Origin: Solirubrobacteraceae bacterium
Lineage (GTDB): Bacteria > Actinomycetota > Thermoleophilia > Solirubrobacterales > Solirubrobacteraceae
Assembly (NCBI GenBank): GCA_045805505.1
Contig: JBJMLA010000153.1
Coordinates: 13,134-77,133, forward strand
Direction: 5' to 3'
Length of the DNA stretch: 64,000 nt
The notes beneath the pieces are model-generated. The model did not search any database. It was given only the letters and a program-made list of their open reading frames with translations, and had not been told where the DNA came from. Positions 56,082-63,773 of this stretch are shown piece after piece. Made by a program: the position numbers and the translations under genes. Within the stretch, counting starts at the first letter, position 1; each line of letters begins with the position of its first letter.

Positions 56082-56269
56082 ACGGCGCGGGCCTCTGCGC
56101 GAGCGGCCTTGCGCTCGTCGCGGATGACCTGCAGCTCGGTGATCCAGCGCAGGGTGCCGACGGCGCAGGTGTGACACGACGAGCCGCGCGCTGCGCTCGA
56201 ATACGCGCCGCAGACGTCGCAGACGCGGCGGTTCTCGCCCAGGCGAGCAGCGTCCATGGAGAAGGCCAT
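56069..56269 (-). CDS. Possible 66-aa zinc-ribbon protein
   Basis: CDVC...CHTC pair followed by a basic helix. ATG is codon 48 of track ORF 56069..56410. Weak support. Confidence 0.35.
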   Translation of the reverse strand: MAFSMDAARLGENRRVCDVCGAYSSAARGSSCHTCAVGTLRWITELQVIRDERKAARAEARAVQPR

Positions 56270-56351
56270 GGGCCATGGTGTCGGCAATGTGGCGCGCGGA
56301 TGGGGTCGCGAGCAGCAGGTGCGCAGCTTCGCAACGCGGAAGTTGCAGCGC

Positions 56352-56963
56352 TCAGCGGGTGGTGACGGTGAACGTGTGGCCGGCGGCGCCGAGCGGGCCC
56401 GTTGTCGCACCTGGGCCGTGGCCGCCGGCGAGGTGGATCCGGACCGGGTCCCACCAGGGGCTGCTGATCGCTCCGCTGCGGCCGGCGCTCGTCACGGCCT
56501 GCGCCTCGCTGATGCGCGTGCTGCCGAAGTCGGCGAGCGGCATGATCTGACAGCTCGAGTCGTCGTCGCTCGCGCAGGCCGACGGCGCCTCGACGATCCA
56601 CTCGGCGGCGCTCGTGTCGATCGCGCGGGCGGCGAGCGTCATGGCTACCGCTCGGCTGGTGGTCCGGTTGCTCAGCCGCAGGCGCACGCGGCGGCCGTGC
56701 ACGGTCACGCCGGCGCCGATGCGGTCGCCCGGGCCCACCGCGAGGTCCAGGTCGCGCGAGACGTCGGGCACGAGCTCGAACCAGGCCGAGTAGCGGGCAC
56801 GGCCGTCGCGACCGCAGTCGGCCTCGGTGCCGATCTGCTCGAGTGCCGGCGAGTCGTCCCGGTAGCCGCCGAGCCCGACCCAGATCGCCGACCACTGGGT
56901 GCGCCCGGCGTCGCAGCCGACCGCGGGAACCGTCCAGGCGCCGCGGACGCGCTGGAAGCGCAT
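56352..56963 (-). CDS. Peptidase G1/A4 (eqolisin-fold)-like protein, apparently 5'-truncated or interrupted
   Basis: WVGLGGY and AAEWIVEAPS motifs. The in-frame sequence upstream of the ATG continues as ...APAAASAASTTTSTNWAGYAIAGDP up to a TGA at 57051-57053, with an in-frame ATG at 57089. Confidence 0.6.
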   Translation of the reverse strand: MRFQRVRGAWTVPAVGCDAGRTQWSAIWVGLGGYRDDSPALEQIGTEADCGRDGRARYSAWFELVPDVSRDLDLAVGPGDRIGAGVTVHGRRVRLRLSNRTTSRAVAMTLAARAIDTSAAEWIVEAPSACASDDDSSCQIMPLADFGSTRISEAQAVTSAGRSGAISSPWWDPVRIHLAGGHGPGATTGPLGAAGHTFTVTTR

Positions 56964-57087
56964 GGGGTCGCCGGCGATCGCGTAGCCCGCCCAGTTCGTG
57001 CTCGTCGTCGTGGACGCGGCCGACGCGGCGGCCGGGGCCTGGAGAAAGTCTCAGCCCAATCTCAGGCAACCGCGAGAACCTGTGGCC

Positions 57088-58032
57088 ATGCACGAGACGA
57101 CACGGAAGGTGTTCACCGGGGTCGCTGCCCTCGCTGCCGCGGGCGGGATCACCGCCGGCATCGCCGGCGCGGCCAAGGACGACAAGACCAAGCAGCGCGA
57201 CCGCTTCGGCGATCCGGCCGGCTACGGCTACGGCGCCCCGCGCGTCGAGCAGGAGGCGCTGACCGGCGAGACGAAGGACAAGGCCGAGGCCGCGGCGCTC
57301 GCCGCCGTGCCCGGCGGCAAGGTCGTGCGCTCCGAGAAGGGCGGTCCGGACGGCGCGGCCTACCACGTCCACGTGACCGACGCCGACGGCAAGGACCTCC
57401 TTGTCCTCCTCGACGCCGACTTCAAGGTCACCGACAAGCTCAGCGGCCCGCCCCGCGGCGGGCCGGGCGGCCACCGCGGGCCCGGCGGACCGGGCGGCCC
57501 GGCCCAGGAGGCGCTGACCGGCGACGCCAAGGCCAAGGCCGAGGCGGCCGCCACGGCGGCCGTGCCCGGCGGCACGATCGAGCGCTCCGAGAAGGGCGGC
57601 CAGAACGGCGCCGCCTACCACGTCCACATGAGCGACAAGGACGGCAAGCACGTCGTCGTCCTGCTCGACTCCGACTTCAAGGTCACCGACACCGTGACCG
57701 AGCCGGAGGGCGGCCGCGGCGGCATGCCGCGCCCCGAGCAGCTCACCGGCGACACCGCTGACAAGGCCAAGGCCGCCGCGCTCGCCGCGGTGCCCAACGG
57801 CACGGTCCGCGCCTCGTTCGCCGCGCCCGACGGCTCCGGCGCGAAGTACGTCGTGCTCGTCGAGCGCAAGAACGGCCGGCCCGTGATGGTGCTCCTCGAC
57901 GCCGACTTCAAGCTCGTCAAGAAGGTCACCCGCCCGCCCTTCGGCGGCCACGGTCGCCCGGGCGACCCCGGCCCCGGCGGCCCGCCCCGCGGCGCCGGCT
58001 ACGCGCCGCAGCAGGACACCACCACCACCTAG
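57088..58032 (+). CDS. Membrane-anchored or secreted protein with three PepSY-like repeats and Gly/Pro-rich linkers
   Basis: Anchor VFTGVAALAAAGGITAGIAGA, then 3x [LTG(E/D)...KA(E/K)AAALAAVP.G.V.RS...G..GAAYHVH...DGK...VLLD.DFKV]. Paralogue of 50640-51311. Confidence 0.85.
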   Translation: MHETTRKVFTGVAALAAAGGITAGIAGAAKDDKTKQRDRFGDPAGYGYGAPRVEQEALTGETKDKAEAAALAAVPGGKVVRSEKGGPDGAAYHVHVTDADGKDLLVLLDADFKVTDKLSGPPRGGPGGHRGPGGPGGPAQEALTGDAKAKAEAAATAAVPGGTIERSEKGGQNGAAYHVHMSDKDGKHVVVLLDSDFKVTDTVTEPEGGRGGMPRPEQLTGDTADKAKAAALAAVPNGTVRASFAAPDGSGAKYVVLVERKNGRPVMVLLDADFKLVKKVTRPPFGGHGRPGDPGPGGPPRGAGYAPQQDTTTT

Positions 58033-58050
58033 ACCGACCCGCCGCACCTG

Positions 58051-58086
58051 GGCGGCCGGAACCCCGCATGCGGGGTCCCGGCCGCC
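58051..58086 (+). terminator. Strong GC-rich hairpin 19 nt after the PepSY gene stop
   Basis: GGCGGCCGG-a-ACCCCGC-at-GCGGGGT-c-CCGGCCGCC gives 16 paired positions. There is no T-tract. Confidence 0.55.
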
Positions 58087-58088
58087 CG

Positions 58089-58479
58089 CGGTCGTTCGTG
58101 GCGGCGTTCCCTTCGTGCGCCGGTGGGGCTGCGTGGCGCCTGCGCATGGCGGCGAGGGAGGTGGTGTCCCGCGGCCGGCCGGAGGGAAGCGTCCTGGGTT
58201 TGGGGCGTATATGGCCCACTGGGCAGGACGCTCTAGCCGCGGCGGATTCGCCGGGACGCCCCGCGACCATCGGTCGTTCGTGGCGGCGTTCCGTTCGTTG
58301 CGCCGGTGGGGGTCCGTGGCGCCTGCGGATGGCGGCGAGGGAGGGGGTGTCCCGCGGCCGGCCGGAGGGAAGCGTCCTGGGTTTCGGGCGTATATGGCCC
58401 ACTGGGCAGGACGCTCTAGCCGCCGCGGATCCGCCGGGACGCTCGAGGCACACCCTCCCTCGCCGCCCCGCGACCACCA
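58089..58479. repeat. Tandem duplication of an intergenic unit of about 183 bp carrying nested hairpins
   Basis: Unit 1 is 58089-58270. Unit 2 is 58271 to about 58479 and carries a 26-nt insertion. Inner hairpins AGCGTCCTG...CAGGACGCT are at 58188-58232 and 58371-58415. The outer arms GGCGGCGAGGGAGGG(GG)TGT (58331-58350) and ACACCCTCCCTCGCCGCC (58450-58467) occur only around unit 2. Confidence 0.9.
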
Positions 58480-58523
58480 ACCGACGGGGAGACCGACCGC
58501 GACGGGCGCGGACGCAGGCGCCC

Positions 58524-59456
58524 CTACGCCGCTGCGCTCGACGCAGCCGCCGCCACGACGACATGCGAGGCGTCGTCGAACACCACGACGCCACCATCCG
58601 GCAGCCAGGCCTCGGCTCGCTCCGGACCGCTGAGCAGCGCCGCCTTGCTGCGGACCTCGGCCTCGAGGGCCGTCGGCGCGATCGCCGTGACCTGGACGAT
58701 GCCGGTGAACGCCGGGCGCCCGGTGCTGGGGTCGAGGAGATGGTGGGCGGGCCGTCCGTCGGCGTCGAGCCAGCTGCGCCGGCCGATGCCGCTCGTCGCC
58801 ACGCCTCCCGACGCGAGCGGGAACGTGTGGCGCACCGGCCCGCCGAACGGGTCGGCGACGTCGATGCGCCGGACGATGCCGTCACGGCCGCCGAGCAGGA
58901 GGTCGCCCGCGCAGTCGACCGCGAAGCTCGCGTGGCCGGCGAGGTGCTCGCCGAGGACGTCGGCGAACAGGCCCTTGGCCAGGCCGCCGCTGTCGAGGCC
59001 GACGCCGGGCGGCCGCGTGATCGTGTGGGTCAGGCGGTCGACGCCGATCGCCTCCCAGGCGGCCGACGGCCGCGGCCGGGCGGGCCGGCGCGGCGGGGCC
59101 AGGCCGATGGCCAGCGGCAGCGGGACGGAGCCGCGCAGGTCGCTGCGGTACCCGGCGCGCTCGATCGCGCCGAGCAGGGTCGCATCGACGAGCCCGCCGG
59201 TGTAGGCGGCGACCGAGACCACCGCCTCGGCGAACAGCGCCATCATCGTGCTGACCCGCACGCTTTCGCGCGGATCCGCGTTGAGGCGCGAGAGCTCGCT
59301 GCCGGGGTCAAAGCGCGTGAAGCGAGCGTGGAGGTCCAGCAGCGTGTCGCGGGCGTCGCGGACGGCCTGCGCGGCGGTCGCCTCCTCGGCGTCGCCGAGA
59401 ACGCGGACGCCGGCCTTCGCGCCGAAGCACGCGAACGTGTCACCCGCCTCGGTCAC
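58524..59456 (-). CDS. apbE: FAD:protein FMN transferase (ApbE family)
   Basis: RFDPGSELSRLN, DSGGLAKG and VATSGIGRRSW motifs. GTG start overlaps the upstream stop (GTGA). No obvious signal peptide. Confidence 0.85.
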   Translation of the reverse strand: MTEAGDTFACFGAKAGVRVLGDAEEATAAQAVRDARDTLLDLHARFTRFDPGSELSRLNADPRESVRVSTMMALFAEAVVSVAAYTGGLVDATLLGAIERAGYRSDLRGSVPLPLAIGLAPPRRPARPRPSAAWEAIGVDRLTHTITRPPGVGLDSGGLAKGLFADVLGEHLAGHASFAVDCAGDLLLGGRDGIVRRIDVADPFGGPVRHTFPLASGGVATSGIGRRSWLDADGRPAHHLLDPSTGRPAFTGIVQVTAIAPTALEAEVRSKAALLSGPERAEAWLPDGGVVVFDDASHVVVAAAASSAAA

Positions 59457-59749
59457 GACTGCTGGGTCGTCATCGGGGCCACCTGGCTCGACGACGCAGA
59501 CGAGTCGGCGCCGGCGGTCGACTCGACCTCGGCGCCGGTGTCGTCGTCGGTCGTGGCGGCCGAGATGACCGCGGTGGCCGGGCTGCCGGCCAGCGCCGGG
59601 TCGTGTCCGGCGGCCATCTGGACGTAGACGGTGGCGAACATCGCCAGGAACACGGCGATGGCCGCGCCGGCGACCCACACGCGGATGCGGTGGGCGCGAC
59701 GGCGCAGCGCCTCGAGGCGGCGCTGCCCTTCCTGTTGTGCGGGGGTCAT
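59453..59749 (-). CDS. 98-aa single-pass membrane protein with a Ser/Thr/Asp/Ala-rich tail, in the position usually held by an FMN-binding protein
   Basis: Basic N-terminus, TM VWVAGAAIAVFLAMFATVYV, then a low-complexity tail. It is translationally coupled to apbE. Confidence 0.6.
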   Translation of the reverse strand: MTPAQQEGQRRLEALRRRAHRIRVWVAGAAIAVFLAMFATVYVQMAAGHDPALAGSPATAVISAATTDDDTGAEVESTAGADSSASSSQVAPMTTQQS

Positions 59750-59772
59750 GACATCACTCTCCGTCCCGGACC

Positions 59773-60330
59773 TCAACCGTTGGTGAACGTGGACTGGGAA
59801 GCGCCTGAGAACCGCAGCAGGACGAGCACGAGGGCGGGAACCACCACGGCGCCGGCCGAGAGCAGGAACCACGGCGAGCCCGCGTCGGTGCCCATGTTGA
59901 GCGCGTGACCGATCCCGAGGACCCAGGCCAGCAGCGTCCAGCGGTGCAGCCGCTTCCAGCGCGCGACCCCGATCCGTGTGCGCACGTAGTAGGACAGCCC
60001 GAGCAGCACGAGCAGCCAGCCGCCGGTGATCCCGGCCGCCACCCAGAACGTCTTGTAGGACGACGCGAACGGGATGCTGACGTCGGCGAGGTTCATGCCG
60101 ATGAAGCCGTCGAAGACGAGCGAGAGCCCGTGCACGAACAGCGCGGCCATCGTGGCCAGCGAGAGCGCCTCGTGGGCGACACGCAGATCCGGGACGTGAC
60201 CGCGGATCAGCCGCCCGCCCATCGTCACGCCCAGTCCGACCGACGCGCTCGCGAGCACCATCACCGCGATCCCGGCGGCGCGGGACGTGATCCAATAGAC
60301 GTGCTGTGCGGTGTCGGCTGCGGCGAGCAT
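59773..60330 (-). CDS. Ferric-reductase-like transmembrane domain protein (MsrQ/YedZ-like haem-binding membrane subunit)
   Basis: 185 aa, about 6 TM segments with conserved His in TM helices (HEALS..., FVHGL, WVLGIGHAL). Confidence 0.7.
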   Translation of the reverse strand: MLAAADTAQHVYWITSRAAGIAVMVLASASVGLGVTMGGRLIRGHVPDLRVAHEALSLATMAALFVHGLSLVFDGFIGMNLADVSIPFASSYKTFWVAAGITGGWLLVLLGLSYYVRTRIGVARWKRLHRWTLLAWVLGIGHALNMGTDAGSPWFLLSAGAVVVPALVLVLLRFSGASQSTFTNG

Positions 60331-60418
60331 GACTGCAGCATCGGCGCCGGACCTTGGAGGATCCTGGGAACCTCGGCGCTCTCAGGAACCTCCAAGGAAG
60401 CGCTCCGATACTGCTCAC

Positions 60419-61120
60419 ATGTCCACCACGGAACCCACCCACCGCGTCCTCGTGGTCGACGACGAGCCCAACATCGCCGACGTGGTCACCATGGCGCTGC
60501 GCTACCAGGGCTTCGCCGCCGAGTCGGCGGGCACCGGCCGCGACGCGCTCGCCGCCGTCACCACCTTCCGCCCGCACCTGATCGTCCTCGACGTGATGCT
60601 CCCCGACATGGAGGGCTTCGAGGTCGCCAGGCGCCTCGGCGCCCAGCAGGCGCGCGTCCCGATCATCTTCCTCACCGCGCGCGACGCCACCGACGACAAG
60701 ATCCACGGCCTCACGGTCGGCGGCGACGACTACGTCACCAAGCCGTTCAGCCTCGAGGAGCTCGTCGCGCGCATCCGCACGATCCTGCGGCGCGCCGGCC
60801 TCGCCGAGTCGGAGTCCAGCCGCCTGGTCTTCGAGGACATCGAGCTCGACGACGACGCGCACGAGGTCACGCGCGGGGAAGAGGCGATCGACCTGACCGC
60901 GACCGAGTACCGGCTGCTGCGCTACTTCATGCTCAACCCGCGCCGCGCGCTGACCCGCACGCAGCTGCTCGAGCACGTCTGGGACTACGACTTCGGCGGC
61001 GACGCCCGCGTGCTCGAGACCTACGTGAGCTACCTGCGCAAGAAGCTCGACGCCCACGGCCCGTCGCTCATCCACACGGTGCGCGGCGTCGGGTACGCCC
61101 TGCGCCAGCCGCGCACGTGA
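60419..61120 (+). CDS. OmpR/PhoB-family response regulator
   Basis: RVLVVDDEPNI...LDVMLPDMEGFEV...TARD...GGDDYVTKPFSLEEL, and a winged helix LTATEYRLLRYFMLNPRRALTRTQLL...VRGVGYAL. Confidence 0.92.
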   Translation: MSTTEPTHRVLVVDDEPNIADVVTMALRYQGFAAESAGTGRDALAAVTTFRPHLIVLDVMLPDMEGFEVARRLGAQQARVPIIFLTARDATDDKIHGLTVGGDDYVTKPFSLEELVARIRTILRRAGLAESESSRLVFEDIELDDDAHEVTRGEEAIDLTATEYRLLRYFMLNPRRALTRTQLLEHVWDYDFGGDARVLETYVSYLRKKLDAHGPSLIHTVRGVGYALRQPRT

Positions 61121-62538
61121 TGCGCTCGCTGCGATCCCGGCTGCTCGCCAGCGTCCTCGGGATCGCGGCGCTCGGCCTCATCCTGCTCGCGGCGATCGTC
61201 TACGCCGAGCAGCGCTCGTTCCTCTACGACCGGCTCGACGAGCAGATCGAGCACGCCCCCGCGGCGATGGGTCGCATCCTCTTCGACCAGGCCTACGGCA
61301 ACGGCGCCAACGGCGGCGGCCCGGCGCCCGGGCGGCCGAACGGTCCGCGCGGCGGGCCGGAGGGCACGCTCCCGCCCGGGACCTACGGCGAGCTGCGCAC
61401 CGCGGCCGGCAAGCAGGTCGGCGACGGCGTGACCATCGGCTACGACGCCGACGACACCAGCGGCGTCTCGCTGCCCGACCTGCCCGCGAGCATCAAGCCC
61501 AACACGGTGCTGACCGTCGGGAAGTTCCGCGTCATCGCGGCACCGTCGCCGACCGGGCTGGTCACCGTCGTCGCCGTTCCGATCGGGCAGACCGACGAGA
61601 CCCTCGACCGGCTGCTGGTGGTCGAGGGCCTGGTGATCCTCGGCATCCTCGCCGTGCTCGGCTTCGTCGCCTGGGTCGTCGTGCGCGTCGGCCTGCTGCC
61701 GCTCGATCGCATCGGCCACACCGCCGGGCGCATCGCGGGGGGCGACCTGTCCCACCGCGTCGAGTCCACCGATCCGCGCACCGAGGTGGGCCGCCTGGGC
61801 ACCGCGCTCAACGCGATGCTCGACCGGCTCGAAAAGGCGTTCGCCGAACGCCAGGCCAGCGAGGACCGCCTGCGGCGCTTCCTGGCCGACGCCTCGCACG
61901 AGCTGCGCACGCCGCTGTCCTCCATCCGCGGCTACGCCGAGCTCTACCGGATGGGCGCGACGCGCGAGCCCGCCGAGGTCGAGCGCTCGATGAAGCGCAT
62001 CGAGGGCGAGGCCGAGCGCATGGGCGTGCTCGTCGAGGACCTCCTGACGCTCGCGCGACTCGACGAGGTCGCCGACGCGCCGCACGTCGAGGTCGACGTC
62101 GGCAACCTCGCGCGCGACACCGTCGACGACGCGCGGGCCACCGCGCCGGATCGCGAGATCACCCTCCGCGCCGACGGGCCGGCGCTCGTCTCCGGCGACG
62201 CCCATCAGCTGCGCCAGGTCCTCGCCAATCTCGTGCGCAACGCGCTCGTCCATACGCCGGAGGGCACCGGGATCGAGGTCGCGGCCGAGCGCGAGGACGG
62301 CCAGGTGCGCGTCGAGGTGCGCGATCACGGCCCCGGCCTGCCGACCGCCGATGCCGACGCGATCTTCGAGCGCTTCTGGCGCGCGGAGGGGGGACGCGAG
62401 CGCGGCAAGGACGGCGCCGGCCTCGGCCTGGCCATCGTCGCCGGCATCGTCGACGCCCACGGCGGCAGCGTCTCGGCGCGCAACGCCGAGGGCGGGGGAG
62501 CGGCGTTCACCGTGACGCTTCCCGCACGCTCGGCGTAG
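61120..62538 (+). CDS. Sensor histidine kinase (two TM segments, HAMP, HisKA, HATPase_c)
   Basis: Start overlaps the previous stop by 1 nt (TGATG). H-box FLADASHELRTPLSSIRGYAE, N-box LANLVRNALVHT, G-boxes VRDHGPGL and GAGLGLAIV. Confidence 0.92.
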   Translation: MRSLRSRLLASVLGIAALGLILLAAIVYAEQRSFLYDRLDEQIEHAPAAMGRILFDQAYGNGANGGGPAPGRPNGPRGGPEGTLPPGTYGELRTAAGKQVGDGVTIGYDADDTSGVSLPDLPASIKPNTVLTVGKFRVIAAPSPTGLVTVVAVPIGQTDETLDRLLVVEGLVILGILAVLGFVAWVVVRVGLLPLDRIGHTAGRIAGGDLSHRVESTDPRTEVGRLGTALNAMLDRLEKAFAERQASEDRLRRFLADASHELRTPLSSIRGYAELYRMGATREPAEVERSMKRIEGEAERMGVLVEDLLTLARLDEVADAPHVEVDVGNLARDTVDDARATAPDREITLRADGPALVSGDAHQLRQVLANLVRNALVHTPEGTGIEVAAEREDGQVRVEVRDHGPGLPTADADAIFERFWRAEGGRERGKDGAGLGLAIVAGIVDAHGGSVSARNAEGGGAAFTVTLPARSA

Positions 62539-62598
62539 TCGCGGCGCCCGCCGCCGGCGGCTCCCAGCCAGCTCTCAGCGAGCTCTCACGGCGGCCCC

Positions 62599-63762
62599 AT
62601 GACCCGGCTCGATGCTGGACCCATGGCCGCACTCGCCCACAGCCACGCACCCGACATCGACATCGTCGTGCCGGTCTACAACGAGGAAGCGGTCCTCGAG
62701 CGCAGCGTCGGCCGGCTGCACCGCTTCCTCTCCGAAGGCTTCCCGTTCAGCTGGCGCATCGTCCTGGCCGACAACGCCAGCACCGACGGCACGCCGCTGG
62801 TCGCGCGCCGCCTGGCCCGTGAGCTGCCCGGCGTCGTGTCGCTGCGGCTCGAGGCCAAGGGCCGCGGCCGCGCGCTGCGGGCGGCCTGGTCGGGCAGCAC
62901 CGCGCGGGCCGTCTGCTACATGGACGTCGACCTGTCGACCGATCTGCGGGCGCTGCTGCCGCTCGTCGCGCCGCTGCTGTCGGGCCACAGCGACGTCGCC
63001 ATCGGCACCCGCCTGGCTCCGGGCAGCCGCGTCGTCCGCGGGCCCAAGCGCGAGCTGATCTCACGCGGCTACAACCGCATCCTGCGCACCGCGCTGCGCG
63101 CCCGCTTCACCGATGCGCAGTGCGGCTTCAAGGCCGTCAGCGCCGGGGCGCTGGCGGCGCTGCTGCCCGACATCGAGGACCAGGGCTGGTTCTTCGACAC
63201 CGAGCTGCTCGTCCTCGCCCAGCGCCGCGGGATGCGCATCCACGAGGTCCCCGTCGACTGGGTCGACGACCCCGACTCGCGCGTGGCCATCGTGCGCACG
63301 GCGGTCACCGATCTGCAGGGCGTGGCGCGGCTGATGGCCGCCAGCCAGGTCGCCCGGTTCATGGCGGTCGGCGTGCTCAGCACGCTGGCCTACGCGCTGC
63401 TCTACGTCGCGCTGCGCGGCTCGCTCGGGCCAGGCGGCGCCAACGCCGCGGCGCTGGCGGTCACCGCCGTGGCCAACACGCAGGCCAACCGCCGCTTCAC
63501 CTTCCGCATCCGCGGCCGCGACCGCCTGGCGCGCCATCACGCGATGGGCGCCGGCGTCTACGTCCTGACGCTCGGCCTGACCGCCGGCGCGATGGGTGTG
63601 CTGCACGGCCTCGACCACGCACCGCCGCGCCTCCTGGAGGTCAGCGTGCTGATCGCCGCGAGCGTCTGCGCCACCGTCACCCGCTTTCTCGCGCTGCGCA
63701 CCTGGGTCTTCGCCCGGCGCCGCCACGAGCTCAAGAACACGACCGCGACCCAGGTCGCCTGA
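62599..63762 (+). CDS. GT2 polyprenol-phosphate glycosyltransferase fused to a GtrA-like membrane domain
   Basis: DIVVPVYNEE, LADNASTDGT, YMDVDLSTD (DxD) and DAQCGFKA. The C-terminal 4-TM GtrA-like region is FMAVGVLSTLAYALLYVAL...ANRRFTF. Confidence 0.85.
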   Translation: MTRLDAGPMAALAHSHAPDIDIVVPVYNEEAVLERSVGRLHRFLSEGFPFSWRIVLADNASTDGTPLVARRLARELPGVVSLRLEAKGRGRALRAAWSGSTARAVCYMDVDLSTDLRALLPLVAPLLSGHSDVAIGTRLAPGSRVVRGPKRELISRGYNRILRTALRARFTDAQCGFKAVSAGALAALLPDIEDQGWFFDTELLVLAQRRGMRIHEVPVDWVDDPDSRVAIVRTAVTDLQGVARLMAASQVARFMAVGVLSTLAYALLYVALRGSLGPGGANAAALAVTAVANTQANRRFTFRIRGRDRLARHHAMGAGVYVLTLGLTAGAMGVLHGLDHAPPRLLEVSVLIAASVCATVTRFLALRTWVFARRRHELKNTTATQVA

Positions 63763-63773
63763 AAGGCACAACC

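Noticed and set aside
57051-57053. Selenocysteine or programmed read-through at the in-frame TGA of the G1-peptidase-like gene.
   Set aside because: I cannot identify a SECIS-like hairpin immediately downstream. The residue position is in a non-conserved leader. The peptide before the TGA (MATGSRGCLRLG) is not a convincing signal peptide. Truncation or a pseudogene is simpler.
58089-58479. Possible CRISPR array.
   Set aside because: There are only two units of about 183 bp that are similar along their whole length. There is no short-repeat/unique-spacer alternation and no cas genes in the window.
59453-59749. DDDTGAE in the 98-aa membrane protein as an ApbE flavinylation site.
   Set aside because: The established acceptor motif ends in Ser/Thr ([S/T]-G-A-[S/T]). 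Here the final position is Glu, so it does not satisfy the consensus. It is kept only as a note within the ApbE finding.
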